Source: an uncultured Staphylococcaceae bacterium (lineage in GTDB: Bacteria > Bacillota_I > Bacilli_A > RFN20 > CAG-826). From it: DNA of 64,000 nt. Numbering within the stretch: the first letter of the stretch is position 1; the number at the start of each line of letters is the position of its first letter. This document shows, piece after piece, positions 38,685 through 49,207 of the stretch. Where the stretch lies: positions 4,668-68,667 of the forward strand of contig CAZCCJ010000003.1 of NCBI GenBank assembly GCA_964497235.1, in the 5' to 3' direction. Position numbers and translations under genes: made by a program. A model generated the notes under the pieces. It worked only from the letters and a program-made list of their open reading frames with translations, did not search any database and was not told the DNA's origin.

Positions 38685-40169
38685 ATGACATCTTTTTTAG
38701 ACAATCTCGCAATGTTCTCCAAAATAATCGTCAGTCGCGGCGAGGAGTATTACAAGCAAGGGAAGGTCCTTTCTTTCACAAGGGATGGAAATATCGTATC
38801 GGCCAAAGTCGAAGGGTCCGGATCCAAGACGTATGAAGTGACGCTCACATTTAAGAAAACGAACGCGATGGAACTCGCGTCTTCCTATTGCTCTTGCCCA
38901 TATTACGACGATTGCAAGCACATCGTCGCCGTTTTGTTCGCCCTAGAGAAAGACAGGCTATCGGCGTCTTCGTTTAGTGGCGCATTGACGCCTGATCTCT
39001 TCATTTCGTCATTAAGGAATTACGAGGTCTCGCCATCGCGCGTCTCGTTGTCTCTTTTGATAAGGCAATTGGATTCCTTGCTTAGATTCGGCGTTTTCGA
39101 GAAGAAAAAAGAATTCTTCGTCGATTGCTATATTCGTTTGATCAAAACCATGGCGTTAAATAGCAACCGCTATTACGAGACCATAACCGCTTCGAGGCAA
39201 CTCGATGACATGCTTCCTTTGGCTGGGATAGATTCTAAAGCGTTCGTGCCAATGGCCATTACTGAGGCCATCAAGAAAGATGTTTTGACGAGAAACATGC
39301 TTTTCGCCCATTTTCTTGAATCGGCTTTGCTGTATCTCGATGCGACTGATTATTTTCTTTCGGAATATGAAAAAGATGAAGCGAAGGCCTTGTCTTTGCT
39401 TGGAGCGATGAATCGTCAGATTCCGCAGTTTTTGCTTAATAGAAATGAGCGATTCATCGTCGTTTTGCTTGATAAGAAACCATCTTTGCTCCCTTCCGAT
39501 TCCTTTAACGAATTCATCATGATGGATAATGTTCTCTCTAATCCTCTGTTGCTTGAGAAAACGCTCGAATATTTCGTTAGAAACGGCAAAAGGGGAGCGG
39601 CATTCTATAACGCCTTGGAAAAGTTTTTGTCGATGGGGAAGAAAGAGGAATGCCTTTCTTTTTTGGAGAAGATGCTCCTTCGTTCGGAAGATTATTCGGA
39701 AGACGCCTATTTCGTTTTCAGACATTTCTCGAAAGAAGAGGCGATAAAGGTGTATTCTTCCAATTCCTTCGTGAAATACGTGCCGATCTTCCCGTTTGTC
39801 TCCTTCATGGCCTATCCGGAGTTTGGAGAATTCAACAAAAATTCATTGCCGATGGAGCTCATCTATCGCCTTTGGGATAAACTCGATGAAGAGAAAAAAC
39901 AATACGCGCTCGCGCTTGCTCATTCTTTGGTGATGAAGAAAAAACACACCGCGAAAGAAGCCGAGAATCTGATCGCCTCTCTCCTTATTCTTTCCCTTAA
40001 TGGCGACAAATCGGCTTTAGGCGTCATAAACGATCCAAATAACGAATCGACTTTCCGATGTTATTCGTCCGTTATTCCCGGCGTGTCTTTGCTTTTGAAG
40101 GAAAGGCTCATGGATGAGGGGGATAGGGACTATATCGTCTATAAAGGAGATCAAGATGTTTCTTTATAG
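38685..40169 (+). CDS. SWIM zinc-finger domain protein (YwqB-like)
   Basis: CSCPYYDDCKHIVAVLFAL SWIM C-x-C...C-x-H motif; immediately upstream of and overlapping an SNF2 helicase. Confidence 0.6.
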   Translation: MTSFLDNLAMFSKIIVSRGEEYYKQGKVLSFTRDGNIVSAKVEGSGSKTYEVTLTFKKTNAMELASSYCSCPYYDDCKHIVAVLFALEKDRLSASSFSGALTPDLFISSLRNYEVSPSRVSLSLLIRQLDSLLRFGVFEKKKEFFVDCYIRLIKTMALNSNRYYETITASRQLDDMLPLAGIDSKAFVPMAITEAIKKDVLTRNMLFAHFLESALLYLDATDYFLSEYEKDEAKALSLLGAMNRQIPQFLLNRNERFIVVLLDKKPSLLPSDSFNEFIMMDNVLSNPLLLEKTLEYFVRNGKRGAAFYNALEKFLSMGKKEECLSFLEKMLLRSEDYSEDAYFVFRHFSKEEAIKVYSSNSFVKYVPIFPFVSFMAYPEFGEFNKNSLPMELIYRLWDKLDEEKKQYALALAHSLVMKKKHTAKEAENLIASLLILSLNGDKSALGVINDPNNESTFRCYSSVIPGVSLLLKERLMDEGDRDYIVYKGDQDVSL

Positions 40170-43100
40170 CCATTTGAAGGAAAAGCTTCTCCAAGCGGAT
40201 ACTTATCTCAAAGAGAACAAAACGACGAAAGCCATATACGATGAGATAAGGAAGGGGAAATATCACGTCGCCATCTCCTTTCTTAAGGAAAAGGAACTCC
40301 TTTGCTACGAGGCCTATGATTCCCTGAATCCCTTAAGATCCGATAGGCCGTATTTTGCAATCGCCATCGACATATCTGGGAAAGCTTTCTCTTATACCGA
40401 GCGTCGGGAAGATGAATATTCGTTTATTTCGTTAGAGGAAAAAGCGCTCTTCGCATTCGCAGTGCATTTGGATAAGGAACTTAGCGAGAAGGGCGAGGGG
40501 AATATAGAAAGATTCTATTCGAAGATACACACGTCATTCTCGTCTTTGCTCGGATTAGACGAGAAAGAAAAAGAAGAAAGAAAGGTGATTCGTCAGGGAT
40601 TTTTGGATTTTATGTTCACGAATTCCTCCGAAAAAGAAGACGATTCTCTTTTTGTTCCGACGGAGAAGCTCTCTTTGAAGTACCACGTTTCCGACGACTA
40701 TAATCCGATCGTTTCCTTTGACGTCATGATGGGGGATAAGAAGTTATTTTCCCCCAGAAGCTTGAATTCATTTTTCGGCTCTTATTCAAACCTTGAGACG
40801 TATTCGTTTAACGGCAAGAAGATGACGATGTCCCCCGAATCCTTCGATGATATATCCAGAAAAGCCATGCTCTTCCTATCGAATGCCTATTTTGCGTCAA
40901 TGAGCAAATACGGATACGACGGATATCGCTCGAACGAAATAGGGATGTCCATATCCTCATTCGCCCGTTTCTTATCGCTAATCGCCGGCGAAAGCGTAAC
41001 TTTCCAGGGGAAGGAATACTACGTTTCCAATGACGTCCAAAAAGCAACCGTTTCCTTAAGCGAAGACGGCTCGGTTTCTTTGTTCCCGACTCCGAAGGCG
41101 ATCGAAAGGATGCTTTTCTATGCCGAAGGAACGAATTTCATCGTCTTTAACGACAATGTCGGCGTCCTTGAAAGATTCGTCTTCCAAAACGCCAAAATCG
41201 GCAAAGTATACGCTTATTTCTTGTCGAACCCCGACGCTTCGCCCAAAATGCTCGGCGATCTGCTTGTTCCTTATGTTGCCGACGCCGAGATGAAGGAGGA
41301 TTCGAATAGTTTCAAGATCCAGCTTTATATCGACGTCAACGACAAAGGGGAGCTTTCCTTCAGAACCGATTATCTCGTCTTCGGCGAGGCGAAAGGGGAG
41401 AATGAGCTCAAAGACAACGCCTATTATGCGACGAAGCTTTCTCGTTATAGCAAAGAAATGATGTCGCTTAACGCTCCGACGAATGGAACGATGAAAGACG
41501 AAGGGGACATCCTTCGTTTCTTGAAAGAGGACCTTTCGCCTTTGAAGAAAGTGGCGAAGGTCTTCCTTGGAGAAAGACTAGGAAAGACGAAGGTTTCGCG
41601 AGTCGGGAGCATCGACATCCATTTGGAAAGGAACGTCGATTGGCTCTCTTTGAAGGTGAGGAGCAAAGAATTCAGTGAACTTGAACTGAATAGGATTCTA
41701 GAAGCCTATAAAGCCAAAAAGAAATTCATATTGCTCCGCGACAAGGCGATTATCCTCGATGATCCCAAATTGGCTGAGTTATCGGAGCTCGCCAAAAGCC
41801 TGAAACTAGATAACCGCCTGATAAACGACGATATACCTCTATATGAGGCGTTTAACATCAAGAGCCAAGAAGGGAGTCTCAACGTCGATTATGGTTCATT
41901 CGTCAAGAATTTCATCGATGACATCCTTTCTTTCGCCGATAAACCGATATCATTGGACGAAACTTTGGAAAAGACCCTACGCCCCTATCAGATATATGCC
42001 GTCAAGTGGCTATACACCCTTTATAAGAACAAGATGGGCGGCATTTTGGCGGATGACATGGGCCTTGGGAAGACTTTGGAAACCATTGCCTTTTTGACTT
42101 TGTCGAAGAAAGACAAACCATCATTGATCATCGCCCCCAAGAGCGTCCTTTATTCTTGGAAGGAAGAGGCGAATCGCTTCGCATCGTCCCTTCGAGTGGA
42201 GGTCATAGACGGCTCGAAAGAAGAGAGGATGGAATCGCTAGGGAAAATGAAGAAAGGTGAAGCGGACGTTTTCGTCATCTCCTACGATTCGCTTCGCAAC
42301 GATTCCGAGCATTACGAGCATATCGAATTCGAATCGATAATATGCGACGAAGCGCAGACGATAAAGAACGCGGCGGCGCTTAAATCGAAGGCCATCAAGC
42401 GGCTTAAAGGATCCTTCCATCTGGCGTTAACTGGCACTCCGATAGAGAATTCCATGAGCGATTTGTGGGCTATTTTCGATTTTTTGATGCCAGGATACTT
42501 AAGGACTTTGCCGATTTTCAAAACCACTTACGTGATGGCTGGCAACCAAGAAGAGGCCCGTCGACTTTTGTCCAAACGCATTCAGCCGTTTTTGCTAAGA
42601 AGAACGAAGAATGAGGTCTTGAAGGAACTCCCTCCAAAGACGGTGGAAAGAGTGTCTATCCCAATGGATACGGAAAGCGAGACCTTCTATAAAGCGGTTC
42701 TTCAAGAAGCCAAGAAGAAGAAAAAGCAAATTCAAAATGAGCGCGATGCGAATTCGAAGAAGTTCTCGATGCTTCCGATTTTGACGAAGCTTCGCGAAAT
42801 ATGCGTCGATCCGTTCGCTTTCTTCGAGGGCTTCCAATCGGTGAATGCCAAGCTATCTCATGCCATCGGCTTGGTACATAACGCGATATCGAATGGGCAT
42901 AAGGTTTTGGTCTTCAGCTCCTTCGTCAAGGTATTGGAACACTTTAAGTCGCTTTTGCTTGAGGTCGGAATCGATTCCTTGATGATAAGCGGGGACGTGT
43001 CGGGGAAAAAGAGAACGGAAATCGTTTCGAAATTCAATTCCGATGATAAGAGCGCAGTCATGCTTATCTCCCTTAAAGCAGGAGGCACGGGATTAAATCT

Positions 43101-43356
43101 CCAAGCCGCCGATATCGTCATTCACCTAGATCCTTGGTGGAATCTCGCAAGCGAGGAGCAAGCCACCGACCGAGCTTACCGCATCGGGCAAAAGAATCCT
43201 GTCACGGTCTATAAGCTATATTGCCGCAAATCGATCGAGGAGAAGGTGTTGGAACTTCAGGATTCCAAGAAAGAACTCTATGACTCGCTCGTTCATTCCT
43301 CCTCTTCTTTCTTAAGTGCTCTCACGGAAGAGGATTTGGATTTCTTACTAATGTAA
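40156..43356 (+). CDS. SNF2-family helicase (YwqA-like) with ~600 aa N-terminal region of unknown function
   Basis: LADDMGLGKT (motif I), DEAQTIKN (motif II), C-terminal helicase domain; start overlaps the SWIM gene. Confidence 0.8.
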   Translation: MFLYSHLKEKLLQADTYLKENKTTKAIYDEIRKGKYHVAISFLKEKELLCYEAYDSLNPLRSDRPYFAIAIDISGKAFSYTERREDEYSFISLEEKALFAFAVHLDKELSEKGEGNIERFYSKIHTSFSSLLGLDEKEKEERKVIRQGFLDFMFTNSSEKEDDSLFVPTEKLSLKYHVSDDYNPIVSFDVMMGDKKLFSPRSLNSFFGSYSNLETYSFNGKKMTMSPESFDDISRKAMLFLSNAYFASMSKYGYDGYRSNEIGMSISSFARFLSLIAGESVTFQGKEYYVSNDVQKATVSLSEDGSVSLFPTPKAIERMLFYAEGTNFIVFNDNVGVLERFVFQNAKIGKVYAYFLSNPDASPKMLGDLLVPYVADAEMKEDSNSFKIQLYIDVNDKGELSFRTDYLVFGEAKGENELKDNAYYATKLSRYSKEMMSLNAPTNGTMKDEGDILRFLKEDLSPLKKVAKVFLGERLGKTKVSRVGSIDIHLERNVDWLSLKVRSKEFSELELNRILEAYKAKKKFILLRDKAIILDDPKLAELSELAKSLKLDNRLINDDIPLYEAFNIKSQEGSLNVDYGSFVKNFIDDILSFADKPISLDETLEKTLRPYQIYAVKWLYTLYKNKMGGILADDMGLGKTLETIAFLTLSKKDKPSLIIAPKSVLYSWKEEANRFASSLRVEVIDGSKEERMESLGKMKKGEADVFVISYDSLRNDSEHYEHIEFESIICDEAQTIKNAAALKSKAIKRLKGSFHLALTGTPIENSMSDLWAIFDFLMPGYLRTLPIFKTTYVMAGNQEEARRLLSKRIQPFLLRRTKNEVLKELPPKTVERVSIPMDTESETFYKAVLQEAKKKKKQIQNERDANSKKFSMLPILTKLREICVDPFAFFEGFQSVNAKLSHAIGLVHNAISNGHKVLVFSSFVKVLEHFKSLLLEVGIDSLMISGDVSGKKRTEIVSKFNSDDKSAVMLISLKAGGTGLNLQAADIVIHLDPWWNLASEEQATDRAYRIGQKNPVTVYKLYCRKSIEEKVLELQDSKKELYDSLVHSSSSFLSALTEEDLDFLLM

Positions 43357-43414
43357 GAACCCACTTTAAACTTCCGCAAACTGGTCTATACTAGCAGCGA
43401 AAGAGGTAAAGAAA

Positions 43415-43903
43415 ATGGCAGAAGAAAATAAAGTGGTCGAAGTCGAAGCCGAAGAGAAAAAGGCCGAAGAGAAAAAGGAAGAACCGAAAAAGGAATCCTC
43501 ATTCAAGAAGTTCTTCAAGAACGCGAAAGCGGCTTTCGATAGCAACGTGCTAGAGGACAAGATCAATGCGACTTTCCGTTCTAATCACGCGGAATTCGAT
43601 TATTACGCATATGGCGACAATTCCCTTTTTGCCGGCGATAGGGTTTATGGAACGCTTGATGGCAACTATCTTTCCTATTTAGGAGACGACGTCGTTCCAG
43701 AGCATTCCGTCGTCATCAATTCGAAAGATCAGAAAGCTTATTACGCCACAGGCGAAGTGACCGATGCTTCCTTTGAAATCGAAGTCGATGGAAATAAATA
43801 CGAAAGAAAAGGCAAGAAAATCCTTTTGAACCCAGAAGTCAAAGAAGTCAAAGTCATCAAAGCGGACAAACGCTATTTCCTATACGAAGGCGAAGATAAA
43901 TAA
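43415..43903 (+). CDS. hypothetical protein with Lys/Glu-rich N-terminus
   Basis: 162 aa, AAGAGG-like RBS; no recognisable domain. Confidence 0.4.
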   Translation: MAEENKVVEVEAEEKKAEEKKEEPKKESSFKKFFKNAKAAFDSNVLEDKINATFRSNHAEFDYYAYGDNSLFAGDRVYGTLDGNYLSYLGDDVVPEHSVVINSKDQKAYYATGEVTDASFEIEVDGNKYERKGKKILLNPEVKEVKVIKADKRYFLYEGEDK

Positions 43904-43910
43904 CCTTGCG

Positions 43911-44792
43911 ATGAGGGCCTTCAAGAGTTTCCTTAGAATCTTTTCTGTAGCGGTCGTTTTGCTCGCCGGCGTTTTGGTTTTTTGCTATGTCGGGAGGGAA
44001 GTCGACTTATTGACCGTCAGATACACGATCGAGACTGATAAGTTCTCCAAAGGCCATGTCTATAAACTTGTCTCGCTTAGCGATTATCATAACCATGGAT
44101 TAAGCTATCGAAACGAGACTTTGAAAGAAGCCATCAAAGCGGAGAATCCGAATTCCGTGATGATGACGGGCGATATGGTCGATAGCCATTCGACCGATGG
44201 GCACCTCAAAGAATTGGATGATTTCGTTGGTTGGATGGAGCAAGAGGATTACCCCATTTATTTCGTCAGCGGAAACCACGAGGAAGACGCACCGAGCGAG
44301 ATCACTGATCAAGCCTATCAAATCTACGCCAAACATGGAGTGAAAATGCACTCCGATTTGCAAAATGGAATGACATTGGATGAATCTAATGGTGTTTTGC
44401 TGAGGCTTTTTGGATTTCGTGACCCAGGTCTTGGCGATAAAAGCGAAACCGGTTTGGAGGTTGGAAGCAATATATACGAGCAAGCCAAAGGAATGAAACT
44501 AAATCAATCCGATTTCAATCTCTTGCTGTCCCATCGCCCATCCTACTTCGAAGCCGCCAAGAAAAAGGGATTCGATCTCACTTTATCCGGCCACACTCAC
44601 GCCGGGCAAGTGAATCTCTTCGGCTACCCTCTTTTGTCTGCGCCCTGGACCAAATACGAGCAAGGTAATTTCTTGGAGGATGGGAAGCGGCTCATAATCT
44701 CAAATGGTCTTGGCGAGAGCTATCAGTTCCCTTTCCGTTATCATTGCCCATACACCCTGCTTTCGATAGCCATCGTAGGAACCAAAGAATAG
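43911..44792 (+). CDS. membrane-anchored metallophosphoesterase (calcineurin-like)
   Basis: DYHNHG, GDMVD, GNHE and GHTH motifs; N-terminal TM helix. Confidence 0.7.
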   Translation: MRAFKSFLRIFSVAVVLLAGVLVFCYVGREVDLLTVRYTIETDKFSKGHVYKLVSLSDYHNHGLSYRNETLKEAIKAENPNSVMMTGDMVDSHSTDGHLKELDDFVGWMEQEDYPIYFVSGNHEEDAPSEITDQAYQIYAKHGVKMHSDLQNGMTLDESNGVLLRLFGFRDPGLGDKSETGLEVGSNIYEQAKGMKLNQSDFNLLLSHRPSYFEAAKKKGFDLTLSGHTHAGQVNLFGYPLLSAPWTKYEQGNFLEDGKRLIISNGLGESYQFPFRYHCPYTLLSIAIVGTKE

Positions 44793-44844
44793 TCGCCACT
44801 AAGTTACATAATTTGCTAAAATAGACCATGTCTATTTTTTAGCA

Positions 44845-46299
44845 ATGGCAAAGAAGAAGAACCAAACCAAAGAAAATCAGCCTTTCAAAGAAGAAAAGAA
44901 GAAGAGCCATTCGTCTTTGATCATGTTCATCGTGGTTTTGATTTTCACGATTGGTTCTTTGCTTTTCTCTTTCTATGGCGCAGGCGAAGGCGATATCGCA
45001 TTGGGCTTCAACACCGTTTATTCGGCCGTGCTTAGCAGCGATCCGATATATTTGCTCATCATGACGGCGGTTTATTTCGTTTCCTATGTCTTCGATGGCT
45101 TGGCGATTCAAGTCTTTTGCCGTCTCTACACAAGGCACTATTACCTCCATCAAGGCTTGGCGAATTCCTTGATCGGCGGTTTTTATAACAACGTCACCCC
45201 AGGTTCAAGCGGTGGTCAATTCATGCAAGTGTACACCCTTAAGAAGCAGGGCGTCGAGGTTTCCAATGCCGCAAGCATTTTGGTCATGTGGTTCATAATC
45301 TATCAGATAGCCCTTATCGTGTTCGACGTGCTCGCTTTGACGTTCGAATGGGACACGATCATGTCTATAACCTCCTTCCAGATCCCGAACTTTTCGCTTT
45401 TCGGATGGAATGGCGAGATCCCGATGTTGCCTCTTATCATCATCGGATTCGCCTTCAACGTCGCGATTATCCTTCTTCTCTTATTGATGTCCTATTCACA
45501 TCGTTTCCATAACTTCATAATGCATTACATCGTCGGTTTCTTAGGCAAGATCCATATCTTGAAGGATCCCGATAAAACCAGGGAAAACCTTCGCGTGCAG
45601 GTTGAGAATTTCAAAGTTGAGCTCAAGCGACTTCAGGCCAATATACCTGTCACCATTTTGGTGTTCGTCATTTTCATGATCGTTCTTTTCCTTCGCTTCT
45701 CCGTTCCTTATTTCGCCGGCATGGCCTTAAACGCCTATGGGGCGGAAGAAGGTTTCTCTTTCATGAGATTGACCGACGCTTGCTTCCGTAGCGCTTTCCA
45801 TCAGATGGTCGCTGGGCTCGTTCCGATTCCTGGCGCCGCCGGTATCTCTGAGCTTTTATACGCCGCTATGTTCAATGATTTCTTCGTCGAGACGTATTCC
45901 GTGACTTCTAGTGGGCTCAAGATGGTAAGAACCGCTTCGGCGAATATGATGACGTCGCAGATCTTGTGGCGTTTCGCTACTTTCTATTTGCTTCTTATCG
46001 TTTCGGGGATAGTCGCTTCCTTATATCATTCAAAGCCACACGAAGCCATCAAATACGCTTCAAGGCAAACCTTCATCGATTTGCAGCTTGCGAATTTCGA
46101 TACGACGAAGATGAATTTTGACACTTTGTATGAGACCAAGCAATTATCGAGAAAAACCATCAGAAGACGTTTGACGCAAGATAGCAAAAACTGGGGGCTT
46201 CTCACTGGCGACGATTACGTTGGCTTCCATTTCTCGAAGAAAGGCGAAATCGGAAAGAAGAAAAGCAAGGCGAAGAATTCGCCGAGCGTTCTTGATTAG
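44845..46299 (+). CDS. UPF0104/lysylphosphatidylglycerol-synthase-TM-like (flippase-like) membrane protein
   Basis: 484 aa polytopic; GGFYNNVTPGSSGGQ region typical of the LPG_synthase_TM fold; precedes a GT4 glycolipid synthase. Confidence 0.5.
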   Translation: MAKKKNQTKENQPFKEEKKKSHSSLIMFIVVLIFTIGSLLFSFYGAGEGDIALGFNTVYSAVLSSDPIYLLIMTAVYFVSYVFDGLAIQVFCRLYTRHYYLHQGLANSLIGGFYNNVTPGSSGGQFMQVYTLKKQGVEVSNAASILVMWFIIYQIALIVFDVLALTFEWDTIMSITSFQIPNFSLFGWNGEIPMLPLIIIGFAFNVAIILLLLLMSYSHRFHNFIMHYIVGFLGKIHILKDPDKTRENLRVQVENFKVELKRLQANIPVTILVFVIFMIVLFLRFSVPYFAGMALNAYGAEEGFSFMRLTDACFRSAFHQMVAGLVPIPGAAGISELLYAAMFNDFFVETYSVTSSGLKMVRTASANMMTSQILWRFATFYLLLIVSGIVASLYHSKPHEAIKYASRQTFIDLQLANFDTTKMNFDTLYETKQLSRKTIRRRLTQDSKNWGLLTGDDYVGFHFSKKGEIGKKKSKAKNSPSVLD

Positions 46300-46309
46300 G
46301 GGGTAAGGC

Positions 46310-47485
46310 ATGAAAGTCGTCATATTCACTGATACATATATCCCGGAAATAAACGGCGTCGCCACCTCTTGCGCGAATTTGGCGAGGACCCTAAAAGAGC
46401 ATGGGGAAGAGGTTTTGGTCGTCACAACCAACATCTATGGGAATGAATTATCGATAAAGGATGGCGTCATTCGCATTCCTGGCATCGAGCTTAAGTGGCT
46501 ATACAATTATCGCCTGGCTTATATCTACAACAAAGGCGCGGCCAAGATAATCGAGGACTTTAAACCCGACATCTTCCATATCCAAGCCGATTGGGGCGTT
46601 GGCCAATTTGGCAGCATCTTGGCCAGCAAGATGAAAATGCCGACCGCATACACGTTCCATAGCGATTTAGAGGATTACACTTATTACGTGACGCATGGCC
46701 ATTTCGATAGGGCGGCCAGAGGAATAATCCGCGGTTATGTCCGTTATACGGCGAATCGCATCGACGAATTCATCACGCCAAGCATCAAAACGAAGGAATA
46801 TATGCGATCGATCGGCGTCGATGCCTATATAAACGTGATACCGACCGGCATCGATTTCGCCGCTTTCTCGACGAAGAACGTCGATGCGGCCAAACTAGAT
46901 AAAATCAAAAAGGATTTCGATATACCAAACGATGCTTACGTCATTTTGTCGCTCGGCCGCGTGGCGAAGGAAAAGAGCATCGATGTGTGTTTAAGGGGAT
47001 ATGCGAATTTTTTGCGGACCAAACCCAAGAAAAAGACCCTATTTGTTATTGTGGGGGGAGGACCAGCGCTAGATGAGCTCAAAGGACTCGCCAAGGAACT
47101 CTCGATTGAAGAGAACGTTCGTTTCTTAGGGCCCGTTCCGCCTTCGAACGTACCTCTTTATTACCATCTTGGCGATTTGTTCGTATCCGCTTCGATAACG
47201 GAAACTCAGGGACTCACATTCATGGAAGCTATGGCGGCCGATGTTCCATTGCTTGCCAGATACGACGATTCATTGCTTGGCACGATCAAAGACATGGAGA
47301 ACGGTTTCTTCTTCATCGATGAGAACGATTTCTCTTCGAAAGTGCAGATGATCATGGATCTATCGCAGGAAAAGAGGCTTTCCGTGATTAAGAAAGCGGA
47401 AGAAGGCTTGGGGCCCTATAGTTTGGAAAGATTCTATCAAAGCATCATGGAGGTGTATCGTCGTGCCATACGTAAAAACTGGTAA
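46310..47485 (+). CDS. GT4 glycosyltransferase (diacylglycerol glucosyltransferase-like glycolipid synthase)
   Basis: MKVVIFTDTYIPEINGVATS N-terminus and E-x7-E C-terminal GT4 features. Confidence 0.75.
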   Translation: MKVVIFTDTYIPEINGVATSCANLARTLKEHGEEVLVVTTNIYGNELSIKDGVIRIPGIELKWLYNYRLAYIYNKGAAKIIEDFKPDIFHIQADWGVGQFGSILASKMKMPTAYTFHSDLEDYTYYVTHGHFDRAARGIIRGYVRYTANRIDEFITPSIKTKEYMRSIGVDAYINVIPTGIDFAAFSTKNVDAAKLDKIKKDFDIPNDAYVILSLGRVAKEKSIDVCLRGYANFLRTKPKKKTLFVIVGGGPALDELKGLAKELSIEENVRFLGPVPPSNVPLYYHLGDLFVSASITETQGLTFMEAMAADVPLLARYDDSLLGTIKDMENGFFFIDENDFSSKVQMIMDLSQEKRLSVIKKAEEGLGPYSLERFYQSIMEVYRRAIRKNW

Positions 47486-48260
47486 GAAGATCGAAAAAAT
47501 CGAGCCTTTGAAGAACGGGAAGATAAGGCTTTCTTTCGCTAATGGCGCCATCACGATCTCGAAAGACGTTTACACAAGCCACTATCTTTATCAAGGGAAG
47601 GAGATAGAGGGGAGAGAGTACTATTCCCTTATAAAAGAAAGCGAGCTTGATTCCCTATATCAATATGCCAAACGCATAGCCGTTAAAGGCGCTTATTCGT
47701 CTTATGAAATCAAAGGGAAGCTATATAAGAAAGACGAGAAGAACTATCTTAAGGTATTCGATAGACTGGTTAGAGAAGGCTTAATCGACGATTCCGAATA
47801 CGCCAAAGAATATTTCGAAGAGAAACTAAAAAGGGGCTATGGGGAAGAAAGGATAAAGAATGAATTGTCCGTTCTGAAACATGTCGACCAAAGGATAATA
47901 GATAAACTCAAAACGGATGGATTAACGCGCGTGAGTGCCGTTTCGCTTATACCACTATACGAGAAGAAATACGCTTCATTGCCCCTAGAAGCCAAGAAAC
48001 AAAAAACGAAAATGGCCTTGATTCGCAGGGGTTTTTCGATTTTTGAGATAGAAATGGCGCTCCCGAAACTAAGAGTCATAAAGCTCAAAGAAGAGAAAGA
48101 GATGATCGCTAAGGACGTCTTGAAATATCATCGATTATACAAAAGGAAGTATAATGGACGAGATCTTTATATCAGGATGAGGACGGCGCTAAGCAAAAAA
48201 GGATACACGAATTCGGCGATAGAAAAAGCAATGGAGGAATATGAAGATGGATTTAATTAA
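47463..48260 (+). CDS. recX: RecX-like regulatory protein
   Basis: 265 aa, repeated three-helix modules; architecture matches Firmicutes RecX. Confidence 0.6.
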   Translation: MPYVKTGKKIEKIEPLKNGKIRLSFANGAITISKDVYTSHYLYQGKEIEGREYYSLIKESELDSLYQYAKRIAVKGAYSSYEIKGKLYKKDEKNYLKVFDRLVREGLIDDSEYAKEYFEEKLKRGYGEERIKNELSVLKHVDQRIIDKLKTDGLTRVSAVSLIPLYEKKYASLPLEAKKQKTKMALIRRGFSIFEIEMALPKLRVIKLKEEKEMIAKDVLKYHRLYKRKYNGRDLYIRMRTALSKKGYTNSAIEKAMEEYEDGFN

Positions 48261-49206
48261 GGATTTGATGGATGGCAATCAGGTTTTCTCGCAATACCTG
48301 GTTTCCTCATGCAATAAGTGCGTGAATACAAGGGGAAAGAACTACCTCAACATCACTTTGCAAGATAAGACGGGTGAGATCGCGGCCAAGAAATGGGATG
48401 TATATGAAGAAGATTATTCGATATTCTCACCAGGCAACATCGTTTCGATCCAAGGCGAAGTCCTCGCTTATAACGGCGCCCTTCAGGTGAAGATCATCTC
48501 CGGGGAGAAAGTTGACCGCGCTTATATGGATGTCTCGCGCTTCGTCCCTGAAGCGCCGGTGTCCATCGAATCGCTATCGAAGAAGCTCGATGAATACGTT
48601 TCATCGATAAAAAACCCGGATATTTCGAAGATAACCAAATATCTGATCGACAAGTTCCATAAGAGATACATCGATTATCCAGCCGCCACAAGAAATCACC
48701 ATAATTTCTTGCATGGCTTGCTTTTCCATAGCATTTCGATGGCCGATGCCGCCAACGCGATGTGCCAACTATATCCTAATCTCGACCGCGATATCTTAAT
48801 TGCCGGAACCTTGCTCCATGATATCGGCAAAACGATTGAAATGAGCGGCCCGGTCGCCACGACTTATACGGTCGAAGGAAAATTGCTCGGTCATATTTCG
48901 ATTATGCAAGCGGAAATAAGAATGGCCGCCAAAGAGCTTGGAATGATGAATGAGGATGACGAAGAAAGCGAGATTCCGATGCTCCTCGAACATATGGTGC
49001 TTTCGCATCATGGCTGCCCTGAATATGGCTCGCCGGTTTATCCGATGACGCTTGAAGCGTATGCTTTATCGATGATCGACGATTTCGACGCCAAAATGGC
49101 TTTGATAGATAAGACTCTTGAAAACGTCGCCCCAGGGGAGATGTCTCCGAAGGTGTTCGCATTGAACGACACTTGCTTATATTCGCCTAAATATAAGAAG
49201 AAATAG
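48241..49206 (+). CDS. yhaM: 3'-5' exoribonuclease YhaM (OB-fold + HD domain)
   Basis: N-terminal OB-fold (NITLQDKTGEIAAKKWD) and HD motif LLHDIGK. Confidence 0.8.
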   Translation: MKMDLIKDLMDGNQVFSQYLVSSCNKCVNTRGKNYLNITLQDKTGEIAAKKWDVYEEDYSIFSPGNIVSIQGEVLAYNGALQVKIISGEKVDRAYMDVSRFVPEAPVSIESLSKKLDEYVSSIKNPDISKITKYLIDKFHKRYIDYPAATRNHHNFLHGLLFHSISMADAANAMCQLYPNLDRDILIAGTLLHDIGKTIEMSGPVATTYTVEGKLLGHISIMQAEIRMAAKELGMMNEDDEESEIPMLLEHMVLSHHGCPEYGSPVYPMTLEAYALSMIDDFDAKMALIDKTLENVAPGEMSPKVFALNDTCLYSPKYKKK

Positions 49207-49207
49207 G

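Noticed and set aside
38685-43356. SWIM + SNF2 as a DISARM-like or other known SNF2-containing defence system
   Set aside because: No accompanying methyltransferase, DUF1998, PLD or nuclease genes; arrangement matches the housekeeping-context ywqB/ywqA pair. Kept only as a moderate-interest finding.
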